From positions 35 through 64,034 of the forward strand of contig CAAFZT010000054.1 in NCBI GenBank assembly GCA_900767605.1: DNA of 64,000 bases. The letters are read 5' to 3'. The position numbers were made by a program, and so were the translations under genes. Source of the stretch: Bacilli bacterium. Lineage in GTDB: Bacteria > Bacillota_I > Bacilli_A > RFN20 > CAG-826. Below are positions 35,007-43,648 of this stretch, piece after piece. The notes beneath the pieces were generated by a model. That model made no database searches, had not been told where the DNA came from, and was given only the letters and a program-made list of their open reading frames with translations. Each line of letters begins with the position of its first letter. The first letter of the stretch is position 1.

Positions 35007-36680
35007 ATGAAGAAAATCAAAATCTTCTCCGCAGCCTTCCTTGCTGCGATGACCCTCGGCCTCGCTTCTTGCGGCGACGTCGAAATGAGTCTCGGAAAAG
35101 CCGATCAAAACGAGACTATCCTCAAAGATACCGATGTCTTTGGCAATAAACTCCTTGAGATTTATGACAAAGTCGTCGTCAGTGGGGATACCAATAGCGA
35201 AAAGATCCTCAATAACGTTCTTTATCTCTATGCCAAATCCTATTTCGGTGACTTCTTTGCGGATTATACCTGCGATGCTACCGGAACTTGGAAATTAAAC
35301 GACGGCGTCAAACCGGCGGCCTTCTTCCGTGAAGGCGTCAGTGATGAAGTCGCCACGACCAAAGCCTTGGATTTCCACAATTCCATCGTGACTTCCATCA
35401 TGAAGTCGTTCTGGTCCGTAGTCAGCAATAGTTCCTATCAAAAGAACCAACGCTTCCACGAAGAACTCTTCGTCAAAGCCCAACAAGCCGAACTTTATAA
35501 GCTCGATAGCAATGTCACCTTCAAAAATGACGGCGCCATCGACGGCTCCAAGACCTACAAGGACGTCATGGGCTACTTCCACGTCCAAAACGATCAATTC
35601 TTCTCTTATTATAAGGATTATATTGAACGCTCCTTGTTGCCGAACGCTTATCGCAAGGCTTTAGTCGAGCAATACCTCATCGACAACAACTATGGCGCCC
35701 TCGGACGTTCCTATGCCCGTAAGGTCCAATACGTTGCTTTGCCGAACCTCGACAAATATGAATCCTCCACCCGTTCTCTTGTTCGTGCCTATTGCAAGCA
35801 CGTCTTGGAAAAGAAGGATAGCGACCTTGGCGAATTTGCTGGCGTTTATAAAGACCTTCACTTCTTGAATCGTCTTTATTCCGGCTATTTCACCGCTGAA
35901 GAACAAACCTCTTACGCGACGGTCTTAAATAGTATCTACAGCGAAGCCGGCTTCACCGCCGTTGCCGCTTATAACGTTACCAACGCGGATGGCGACTTGC
36001 TCTATACGACCGAAGCCACTTATCGCGAAACGACCTATGGCCAACTCGTCCTCGATTTCAAGGATCTCAGCGATTCTCGCTGGGAAACCGGCTCGACCAC
36101 GGACTTCACGAATTCCGGCGCTTACACCAAAGTCACCGGCCTTGAAATGAAGACTCGTGACATCGTTGCTTCCAGCAAAGTCACCGAAGGATGGTACACC
36201 TCTTCCGGTTTGAGCGACCTCCCCTCTTCCATGAAGACCCGTTTATTCAAGACCCAAGTGGCCAACGAAGTCGATAACCCGGCCTATGCCGACAAAGACA
36301 GCACCGTAACGATCAAGGACACCTTCACTTGGCGCGTTCAGGGCGAATATTACCTCCGTCCCGAAACGATTCAAACCGGCGAAGCCTATCCGTACGCGAT
36401 GTATGATGACTCCGGCAAAACCTGGTACATCGTCCGCGTGGACGAAGCCGTCAAGTCTCCGAAGCTCCAAAGCAAAGAGAACAGCGACACCAGCTATGAA
36501 AACCGCACCTCTGGTGAAACGATGAACCAAATCATTTGGGACATCGCGGACCTCATTGGCGATGGCGATTCCTACAAAAAGGCTGCTCGTCAGTACTTCG
36601 TGGAAAAAATGTCGATCTCCTATCACGACGATAACGTCTATTCCTATTTCGAAAAGACGTTCCCGGACCTCTTCGACTAA
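35007..36680 (+). CDS. surface lipoprotein, degenerate PrsA-like paralogue
   Basis: 557 aa. Lipobox LGLASC (Cys22). Weak parvulin-like remnants (VQYVAL, GWYTSSGLSDLP, TWYIVRVDE). Starts 12 nt after the preceding gene. Confidence 0.72.
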   Translation: MKKIKIFSAAFLAAMTLGLASCGDVEMSLGKADQNETILKDTDVFGNKLLEIYDKVVVSGDTNSEKILNNVLYLYAKSYFGDFFADYTCDATGTWKLNDGVKPAAFFREGVSDEVATTKALDFHNSIVTSIMKSFWSVVSNSSYQKNQRFHEELFVKAQQAELYKLDSNVTFKNDGAIDGSKTYKDVMGYFHVQNDQFFSYYKDYIERSLLPNAYRKALVEQYLIDNNYGALGRSYARKVQYVALPNLDKYESSTRSLVRAYCKHVLEKKDSDLGEFAGVYKDLHFLNRLYSGYFTAEEQTSYATVLNSIYSEAGFTAVAAYNVTNADGDLLYTTEATYRETTYGQLVLDFKDLSDSRWETGSTTDFTNSGAYTKVTGLEMKTRDIVASSKVTEGWYTSSGLSDLPSSMKTRLFKTQVANEVDNPAYADKDSTVTIKDTFTWRVQGEYYLRPETIQTGEAYPYAMYDDSGKTWYIVRVDEAVKSPKLQSKENSDTSYENRTSGETMNQIIWDIADLIGDGDSYKKAARQYFVEKMSISYHDDNVYSYFEKTFPDLFD

Positions 36681-36699
36681 TCCAAAAACACGCTATAAT

Positions 36700-36728
36700 A
36701 AGGGACAAGCAATTGTCCCTTATTTTTA
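36700..36728 (+). terminator. intrinsic terminator after the lipoprotein pair
   Basis: AAGGGACA-agcaat-TGTCCCTT followed by ATTTTTAT. Confidence 0.8.
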
Positions 36729-36746
36729 TAGGGAGAAGGAGCGATT

Positions 36747-37163
36747 ATGGAAGACGTATTCTGTAAAATCATCAAAGGGGAAATCCCCTCCGCCAAAGTC
36801 TATGAAGACGATGACGTCCTCGCGATTCTTGATATTTCTCAGGCCACTCGCGGCCACACCCTGGTGATGCCAAAAAAGCATTACGATTCCTTCTTATCCT
36901 GCCCCAAGGATTTGATGATGAAAGTTTATGCCGTGGCCCAGCGCATCGGCCAAGCGGAAATGGCCGTGTTAGGAGCCAAAGGCGTGAATATCCTCACCAA
37001 TTGTGGCGAAGCGGCCGGACAAAGCGTTCCCCATTTCCATGTCCATGTCATCCCACGGTATATTCGTGGGGAAGGCGGATTCCAAATTAAAATGGCCGAG
37101 AACGACACCTCCGGAATGGATTTGCCGCGCTTGGCCTGCGATATCTCGAAAGCGATTCGCTAA
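36747..37163 (+). CDS. HIT-family (Hint-like) nucleotide hydrolase
   Basis: 138 aa. HTLVMPKKH and the histidine triad HFHVHVIPR. Confidence 0.92.
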   Translation: MEDVFCKIIKGEIPSAKVYEDDDVLAILDISQATRGHTLVMPKKHYDSFLSCPKDLMMKVYAVAQRIGQAEMAVLGAKGVNILTNCGEAAGQSVPHFHVHVIPRYIRGEGGFQIKMAENDTSGMDLPRLACDISKAIR

Positions 37164-37165
37164 AT

Positions 37166-38254
37166 CTAGAACAATTGACCTTGCTTCGGTTCCCCCGCGG
37201 CGAGGTCTTTTTCTTCTTCCTCGACGCTCGTTCCGTAGGGGCGAGCATCATCGCTAGAATAGAAAGGACGATAGAAAAATCTCCCATCCAACGCCATGAC
37301 TTTCGGAGTGTTTTCTCCTTTGGCGGTTCCGTTATACGCGGCATCCAAAATCAGCATCTTCGCATCCATGTCATCGATCATGGAGATAGCCAATGCTTCT
37401 CGCGTCACAGGTAAAACAGGGCTGCCAAATTCCATTTTGCCATGGTGAGACAAAATGATGTGTTCAAGAGTGACCGCCACTTCGTAACGATGGAAGATAT
37501 CCGAATTGGCTTGTCTTTCTTTCTCTTGCTCTGCGCTAGAAAGGGAGGCGAATTCAAAATAACCCATGTTCTTGGCAATCTCGCGAAGCTCGGAATGGCC
37601 GAGCGAAATATGGCCAAGCAATTTGCCTTCCAAGGTATAAACGGTGCCGTTGGGGCCCGACAATTCAATGACTTTTCCAATGTCGTGAATCAACGTTCCC
37701 GCGAGCATGATGTCGCGATTTAAAGAGGGATAAATTTCACATACCTTAAGAGCTAAATCCGTCATGGTTAAACTGTGAAACAGCAATCCCGATGCAAAAT
37801 TATGGTGGTTCCGCACAGCAGCCGGCCATTGAAGGTAATGGTCCATATAACGGTTTAACATCGCCTTCACCAGCTCGCCAACAACGGGGTCGCGGAAGGA
37901 ATTTAAATACACGTCTAGCTTCTTTTGCAAAATATCTTGATCCACAGGGGCGCTAGGAACGAAGATGGACCAATCGATGCCTTTTTGATCCAAGGCTTCG
38001 GCCGTCTTGATTTTTAGTTGCAAATGGGAAGCATATAAAAGGACGTTGCCCTGAATTTGGACGACGCTTCCTTTTTCGAAAAGCTTATCGTCCTCCGGCT
38101 GGTAATCCCATTTCTTGCCATCGATCGTTCCAGAGCAATCTTGAAGGGTCACCGTCAAATAGGGTTTGCCCGCGGAGCTCACGCATTTTTTGGAATCGGC
38201 AACTAGATAGGGGCCAAAGACCTCTATGCCATCTTTTAAATCTTTAATCAGCAT
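37166..38254 (-). CDS. yhaM: 3'-5' exoribonuclease YhaM-like (OB-fold + HD domain)
   Basis: 362 aa. N-terminal OB fold (YLTVTLQDCSGTIDGKKW) and HD domain (LLFHSLTM ... LIHDIGK). Confidence 0.82.
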   Translation of the reverse strand: MLIKDLKDGIEVFGPYLVADSKKCVSSAGKPYLTVTLQDCSGTIDGKKWDYQPEDDKLFEKGSVVQIQGNVLLYASHLQLKIKTAEALDQKGIDWSIFVPSAPVDQDILQKKLDVYLNSFRDPVVGELVKAMLNRYMDHYLQWPAAVRNHHNFASGLLFHSLTMTDLALKVCEIYPSLNRDIMLAGTLIHDIGKVIELSGPNGTVYTLEGKLLGHISLGHSELREIAKNMGYFEFASLSSAEQEKERQANSDIFHRYEVAVTLEHIILSHHGKMEFGSPVLPVTREALAISMIDDMDAKMLILDAAYNGTAKGENTPKVMALDGRFFYRPFYSSDDARPYGTSVEEEEKDLAAGEPKQGQLF

Positions 38255-39050
38255 TCTCGTTTTCCTCCATCGTATTTTGAATGTCTTGCGATTGGTATCC
38301 TTTGCGCATCAACGCTCCAAAGATGCGTTGACGCAATTCATATCCTTCATATTTTTTCTCGTACTTCGCCCGATAGGTGAAATAATCTTTGAGAAGGGCG
38401 TTACGTTCCGACTCTTCGTCATTGACGCTTGCGCATTCTTTGGTAGCTAGAATCGCGATATCTTCGTCAAACCCCCGTTGAATTAAGCCCTGAATCATCT
38501 TGGTCTGTTTCTTCGCGTTAGGAGCTTTTTCGTTCCGTTTATTGAGCAACGTCGCATACTTAAGGGCTTTGTTCTTTTCGTTTTCTTCGTCGAAAACCAG
38601 TTTGGAAAGGATTTCGTCGCGAATCCCTTTTTTCTTTAATTCATAAAGGATTCTCTTTCGGCCATAGGATTTGAAATCCGCGATATCCGAAGCGTAAACC
38701 TTTGCATACATCTCGTCGTCCAATAACCCAATTTTAATTAAGCGCGAGCAGATAGCGGATATCGTTTCTTGGCTGGCTTTTTTGGACTCGAGTTTCGCGG
38801 ATACTTCATGGATCGTTTTGCTGCTTCCCGAGCAAAGCTTTAAGGCATAATCGTAATATTCGTCCAATTGGGCCGCCTTCTTTAATTGGGCGAATTCTTG
38901 GGAAGAAATCTCTTTCCCCTCGTAAAGAGGCTGATCCGTGAAGCTATGGAGACCCATTTCCAATTTGGACCCATCATGAAAAACAACAAGAACGCCTTTC
39001 TTTTTTCTTTCGATCGATGCAATGACTTTACCAGTTTTGACGGACGACAC
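38244..39050 (-). CDS. recX: RecX-family regulatory protein
   Basis: ORF track 38244..39104 (TTG). The GTG at 39050, 7 nt behind GGAGGTG (39058-39064), is the better start. Three-repeat helical RecX pattern. Overlaps the GT4 3' end by 23 nt and the yhaM start by 11 nt. Confidence 0.78.
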   Translation of the reverse strand: MSSVKTGKVIASIERKKKGVLVVFHDGSKLEMGLHSFTDQPLYEGKEISSQEFAQLKKAAQLDEYYDYALKLCSGSSKTIHEVSAKLESKKASQETISAICSRLIKIGLLDDEMYAKVYASDIADFKSYGRKRILYELKKKGIRDEILSKLVFDEENEKNKALKYATLLNKRNEKAPNAKKQTKMIQGLIQRGFDEDIAILATKECASVNDEESERNALLKDYFTYRAKYEKKYEGYELRQRIFGALMRKGYQSQDIQNTMEENENAD

Positions 39051-40203
39051 GGCGATACACCTCCATGATGTTTTGATAGAACCGCTCCAAGGAATAGACA
39101 TCAATGATTCCCAAAGCGGACTGAATGATTTTTTCTTTGGCTTCTTCTTTTAAATTCATGACATGTTCCAAGCGTTCTGGAAAATCCATTTCGTCAAAAA
39201 AGAAGAACCCCGTGGAGCCGTCTTGAATCGTTCCGACGAGATTATCGTCGTATCGAGCCAATACCGGCAGCGATGCTGCCATCGCCTCCATAAACGTCAA
39301 TCCCTGCGTTTCGGTGACGGAAGCGGAAACGAAGCAATCCCCCAAATGATAGAATTTTTGAGTTTCATTTGGAGATACCTTCCCCGTGAAAACCACGTTG
39401 GATTCGATTTGAAGTTCGTGAGCAAGGTCTTGCAGTTCTTTTTCGGCAGGCCCCCAACCTGTTATGACAAATTTAGTTTTACGGGACGGGAAATTCTTAA
39501 GGAAACGGGCATAGCCACGAAGCAACACATCGATGGATTTTTCTTTGGCCACGCGACCCAAAGACAATACCACGTATTCATCCGGCTGGATTCCGTATTT
39601 CCTTTTCAATTCTTCCGTTTCCGATTTATTTTCGTTTTTCAAAGAGAATCGCTCAAAATCGATGCCGGTAGGGATAACGGCCACATTGGCGTCAATCCCC
39701 ACCATACGAAGATAGTCGTAAGTTTTTTCGCTGGGAGAAATAATCGCACCAAAATCCCTTGTTTTTTCCCGGTAAAAAGCACGGATGCAGTGTCTAGCAA
39801 CGCGGTCAAAATGCCCGTGGGTAATGTAATAGGTGTAGTCCTCAATCATCGTGTGGAAGGTATAGATCTTCCCGATGTGAAGCTGATCCGCCATCATCGA
39901 GCCAAAAATGCCGACGCTGGAATCAGTTTGAATGTGTACCACGTTGGGATGGAAATCACGAATAATTTGAGCGGCCTTTCGGTTATACGGGGTAGGAAGA
40001 CGATAATTGTAAAGACGCTTCAATTGAATGCCCGGGACACGGACGACACCGTCTTCATAGGCAAACTGGTTACCATAGGGATTGGTCGTGACAACCAAAA
40101 CCCTCTCTCCGTGCGCCTTTAAAGTAGTAGCCAAGTTATAGGTGGAGGTGGCTACCCCATTAATTTCGGGTGGGTAGGTGTCTGAGAAAAGAACGATATT
40201 CAT
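39028..40203 (-). CDS. glycosyltransferase family 4, glycolipid (diacylglycerol glucosyltransferase)-like
   Basis: The ATG at 40203 gives MNIVLFSDTYPPEINGVATS. GRVAKEKSIDVLL and an EX7E-type TETQGLTFMEAMAASLPV block. Confidence 0.88.
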   Translation of the reverse strand: MNIVLFSDTYPPEINGVATSTYNLATTLKAHGERVLVVTTNPYGNQFAYEDGVVRVPGIQLKRLYNYRLPTPYNRKAAQIIRDFHPNVVHIQTDSSVGIFGSMMADQLHIGKIYTFHTMIEDYTYYITHGHFDRVARHCIRAFYREKTRDFGAIISPSEKTYDYLRMVGIDANVAVIPTGIDFERFSLKNENKSETEELKRKYGIQPDEYVVLSLGRVAKEKSIDVLLRGYARFLKNFPSRKTKFVITGWGPAEKELQDLAHELQIESNVVFTGKVSPNETQKFYHLGDCFVSASVTETQGLTFMEAMAASLPVLARYDDNLVGTIQDGSTGFFFFDEMDFPERLEHVMNLKEEAKEKIIQSALGIIDVYSLERFYQNIMEVYRRVVRQNW

Positions 40204-40205
40204 CG

Positions 40206-41741
40206 TTAAATCTCCCAATTGGACCATCCGGATTCTTCACTTTGGTCCTTCTTTTTCTTTTCTTTTTTCCGCTTAACCTTTTTGGGTTTTTCTTCTTGGA
40301 TGGGAAGGGGGTTGGCTTCCATATTGCGGCGGCGACTTCTCCGTTGCTCTTTTTCCGGTTCTTGGCCGACCTTCATATAGGTGGAAGATAAGTCAGTGGT
40401 ATGGGAATTGATAGGGTCTTGCGTGGTCAAAGCTTCTGCCTCTTCCTCGCTCTTTTTGTGGAACGTAGCCGTTAAGCGACGTTGCATTTCTTTGCGAGAG
40501 AATTGGCTGGTCTCATACATGGTGTCCGCGGAACGCTTACGTTCATCAAAGGTCTCAAGTTGCAAAGTGACATAGGTTTTCCTGGAAGCAAATTCGGGAG
40601 CGGCTCCGCCACGAGAATGATAGAAGGCGCTGACAACCCCCGAAATCAATAAAACAATGTGGAAGGTTGCACTACGCCAAAGGATCTGGGTGGCCGAAAT
40701 AACACCCTGGCTGGAACCAAAGAAGTTGGTGAAGATGGCGTTATAGAAGATTTCGGCAACACCGGCACTTCCTGGAAGAGGAATTAAACCTGTGACCATT
40801 TGGTGGAAGGCCATAAGGAAGGAGGCGCGGACCATGGAATTCCCATAGTTTTTCAAAGAGACAAAAACAAAATGCGTGTCTTCCCCCCACGCATGCATCG
40901 CAAGGCCACAGAAATAAGGCACGGAGAAACGGAAGAAAATGAGGATAAGGAACAAAGTGAAAAGAAGAATCAAAACAGGGATATTGGACTGCAAACGGCG
41001 CAACTCGATTTTGAAGTTTTCAACCTGAACGCGCAAAGACTCGCGGGTTTTATCGGGGTGCTTCAAAAGATGGATTTTTCCTAAAAAGCCAATGACGTAA
41101 TGCAAAATGAAATTGTGGAGACGGTGACTATAACTCATGACGAACAAAATGAGGATCACCGACAAATTGATGACGAAACCGATGATAATGAGCGGCCACA
41201 TCGGAACGGTGAAAGAATAGTCGAATAACGTAATGATAGGATTAATGCCAATCATGGTGTTCCACTCGAAAATAAGAGCCACTCCGCCAAACATAATCAA
41301 CGCGGATTGGTACAAAATGAAGAACATGGCCATGATGGAGGCACCGTTAGAAACCAAGATTCCCTGACTTTTCATCGTATAGACCTGCATGACCTGTCCC
41401 CCACTCGATCCCGGAGTGACGTCACTATAGAATTGGCCAACAAGGGCGCAGGCTAAGCCCTGGTGAAAACGATATTTTCGGGTATAGAGTCGGCAGAAGA
41501 TAACGAGGATTAAAGCTTCAATGCAGTAAGTGAGGACAACGACGCCAAACGTAAGCAAAACATAACGCCAGTCTGCTTGGCCAAAGGCTGTCATGGCATC
41601 GTTAAAATTATCGCCCCAAAGCGAAATGACCAAAGAAATCGCGGTGGCAACAAGAACGACGACGATGTAGATGAGATATTTGAACCGCTGAGACTTTTTC
41701 TTAGGTGGCTCTCGGTTGGTATTAATTTGATATTCGGCCAT
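40206..41741 (-). CDS. flippase-like (LPG-synthase-TM/UPF0104) membrane protein with a long polybasic C-terminal tail
   Basis: 511 aa. About 8 TM segments. The C-terminal ~125 aa are soluble and end in KPKKVKRKKEKKKKDQSEESGWSNWEI. 2 nt upstream of the GT4 gene. Confidence 0.78.
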   Translation of the reverse strand: MAEYQINTNREPPKKKSQRFKYLIYIVVVLVATAISLVISLWGDNFNDAMTAFGQADWRYVLLTFGVVVLTYCIEALILVIFCRLYTRKYRFHQGLACALVGQFYSDVTPGSSGGQVMQVYTMKSQGILVSNGASIMAMFFILYQSALIMFGGVALIFEWNTMIGINPIITLFDYSFTVPMWPLIIIGFVINLSVILILFVMSYSHRLHNFILHYVIGFLGKIHLLKHPDKTRESLRVQVENFKIELRRLQSNIPVLILLFTLFLILIFFRFSVPYFCGLAMHAWGEDTHFVFVSLKNYGNSMVRASFLMAFHQMVTGLIPLPGSAGVAEIFYNAIFTNFFGSSQGVISATQILWRSATFHIVLLISGVVSAFYHSRGGAAPEFASRKTYVTLQLETFDERKRSADTMYETSQFSRKEMQRRLTATFHKKSEEEAEALTTQDPINSHTTDLSSTYMKVGQEPEKEQRRSRRRNMEANPLPIQEEKPKKVKRKKEKKKKDQSEESGWSNWEI

Positions 41742-41824
41742 GGGCTAGTCTATTTTAGACTAGTTCCTAGGAACATGAAACCCATCCCCGGTGAAAACAA
41801 AGAAAACGGAAGAGATTCCAAATT

Positions 41825-42574
41825 TTATTTTCCACGATTCCTAGGGTCAAAATGGGGCATCGGAAGAAGTTTATGCAGGTTCATTCGATGCAAGCGATCG
41901 ATTCTTTCTTTCGTGGTTAAATCCGTGCATTCCCCCGTTTGGATATAGCGATCCAAAGTCGCATAGGTGAAGCCCAGTTTATCTTCATCGCTACAACCAG
42001 ATAAGCCATCGCTAGGCGTCTTATCCACAAGATGAGAAGGTAATCCCAGGACCCTTCCTATTTGTTTCACTTCCTCCACCAAAAGAAGCATTAAAGGACT
42101 CACGTCCCCCGCGGAATCACCAAATTTGGTGGAATAGCCAACATAATCTTCGCTGCGATTGCAGGTGTTGATGACGCGTCCTCCCCCTTCTATGGACTGT
42201 GCCACGGCATAAAGAGTTGCCATGCGCAAGCGAGGTGGCAAATTGATCAAAGCATCATGACTTAAAGAACAGGATGCCTCTATGTCCTTCTTCATGCCAA
42301 GGAACCCGTCGTTAATATTGATTTCCATAAAGGGAATATCCAAAAAGCGAACCAAGGAACGAGCATCTTCGATGTCGTTTTGAACCCCATTGGGCATTAA
42401 AACGCCTAAAACCCTTTCTTTCCCAAGGGCTTTCACGCACAAAGTCGCGCAAACGGAAGAATCTTTTCCGCCAGAAATCCCAATAACCGCCTTGCATTTT
42501 GGACCATTGTTCTCAAAATAATCCACCAGCCATCGAATCAATTCTTCCGCTGTTCTTTCGGGATTTTCTAGCAT
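41825..42574 (-). CDS. nadE: ammonia-dependent NAD+ synthetase
   Basis: 249 aa. PP-loop ISGGKDSSVCATL. Confidence 0.92.
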   Translation of the reverse strand: MLENPERTAEELIRWLVDYFENNGPKCKAVIGISGGKDSSVCATLCVKALGKERVLGVLMPNGVQNDIEDARSLVRFLDIPFMEININDGFLGMKKDIEASCSLSHDALINLPPRLRMATLYAVAQSIEGGGRVINTCNRSEDYVGYSTKFGDSAGDVSPLMLLLVEEVKQIGRVLGLPSHLVDKTPSDGLSGCSDEDKLGFTYATLDRYIQTGECTDLTTKERIDRLHRMNLHKLLPMPHFDPRNRGK

Positions 42575-42704
42575 CTTCGCTCCCTCCTCTTTTTTACCAT
42601 TATTCTACGCATTCTTTTTGGATAAAAAAGCCCGTGAAATACCTCGAATTATATTGACATTTTTCGCCATGATACTAGCATTAAAACCGAAAGGAACTAG
42701 TTTT

Positions 42705-43589
42705 ATGAACTACATACTTAGTGCTACCTCCACCGCCGACCTCACCAAAGAGGAATTCCGCAATCGGAACATCCATTATCTTTGCTTCCATTTCAACCTC
42801 AATGGAGTCGATTACGTCGATGATTTAGGACAATCCATCCCCTTCGACGAATTTTATGAACGCATGTCCAAGGGTGAAATGACCAAAACCAGCCAACCCT
42901 CCGCCGGAGACTACATCAACTACTTCACGCCATTCCTTCAAGAAGGAAAAGACATCTTGCACGTCAGCCTTTCTAGTGGACTAAGCGGCGAATACAATTC
43001 GGCCAACCTCGCTGCAGAAATGCTCAAGGAACAATTCCCCGAACGCAAAATTCGTATCGTGGATAGTTTGGGCGCCTCCAGCGGCTATGGCTTGTTCATG
43101 GACAAATTAGCCGATTTACGGGATGAAGGCATGGGATTAGACGAACTGGGCGATTGGGCCGAGGAACACCGCCTTGAACTCCACCATTTCTTCTTCTCCA
43201 CCGATTTGAAATATTATGTCCGTGGCGGTCGCGTTACCCCCATCGCCGGTTTCTTCGGGAATTTGCTTAACATTTGCCCCTTGCTCCATATGGACGAAAA
43301 TGGAAAGCTCATCCCCTTGGAAAAAGTCCACGGAACCAAAAAGGTGGAAAAGCGAATCGTCGAGAAAATGGTTGAAAACGCCAACGGCGGGCTCGACTAT
43401 AACGGAAAAGTCTTTATCTCGATGTCTCACTGCATGGATCTTGCAATGCCCGTGAAAAACATGGTCGATGAAAAATTCAAGGACATGAACGGCAAAGTCG
43501 TCATCCATTCTATTGGAACCACGATCGGATCCCATACGGGACCTGGCACGGTCGCCCTCTTCTTCTGGGGCAAAACCCGCGCGAAATAA
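42705..43589 (+). CDS. DegV-family fatty-acid-binding protein
   Basis: ORF track 42618..43589. The ATG at 42705 gives MNYILSATSTADL. TSQPSAGDY and LSSGLSGEYNSA DegV blocks. Confidence 0.9.
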   Translation: MNYILSATSTADLTKEEFRNRNIHYLCFHFNLNGVDYVDDLGQSIPFDEFYERMSKGEMTKTSQPSAGDYINYFTPFLQEGKDILHVSLSSGLSGEYNSANLAAEMLKEQFPERKIRIVDSLGASSGYGLFMDKLADLRDEGMGLDELGDWAEEHRLELHHFFFSTDLKYYVRGGRVTPIAGFFGNLLNICPLLHMDENGKLIPLEKVHGTKKVEKRIVEKMVENANGGLDYNGKVFISMSHCMDLAMPVKNMVDEKFKDMNGKVVIHSIGTTIGSHTGPGTVALFFWGKTRAK

Positions 43590-43605
43590 TTCGCACCTCT
43601 AACAG

Positions 43606-43633
43606 AAAAACGGCAGGCCCCCCTGCCGTTTTC
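43606..43633. terminator. bidirectional intrinsic terminator between degV and pflB
   Basis: AAAAA-CGGCAGG-cccc-CCTGCCG-TTTT, flanked by the A-run and the T-run. Confidence 0.8.
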
Positions 43634-43648
43634 TTGTTGTTCTACCAA

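Noticed and set aside
34197-35108. 303-aa minus-strand ORF, with other antisense ORFs at 33090-33464, 35295-35597 and 36243-36626, inside the lipoprotein genes
   Set aside because: These are shadow ORFs opposite strongly codon-biased genes. They have low-complexity, Gly/Val/Phe-rich translations and no RBS, and the plus-strand genes have clear lipoboxes and motifs.
39163-40122. 319-aa plus-strand ORF
   Set aside because: It lies entirely antisense to the well-supported GT4 gene, and its translation has no recognisable motifs.
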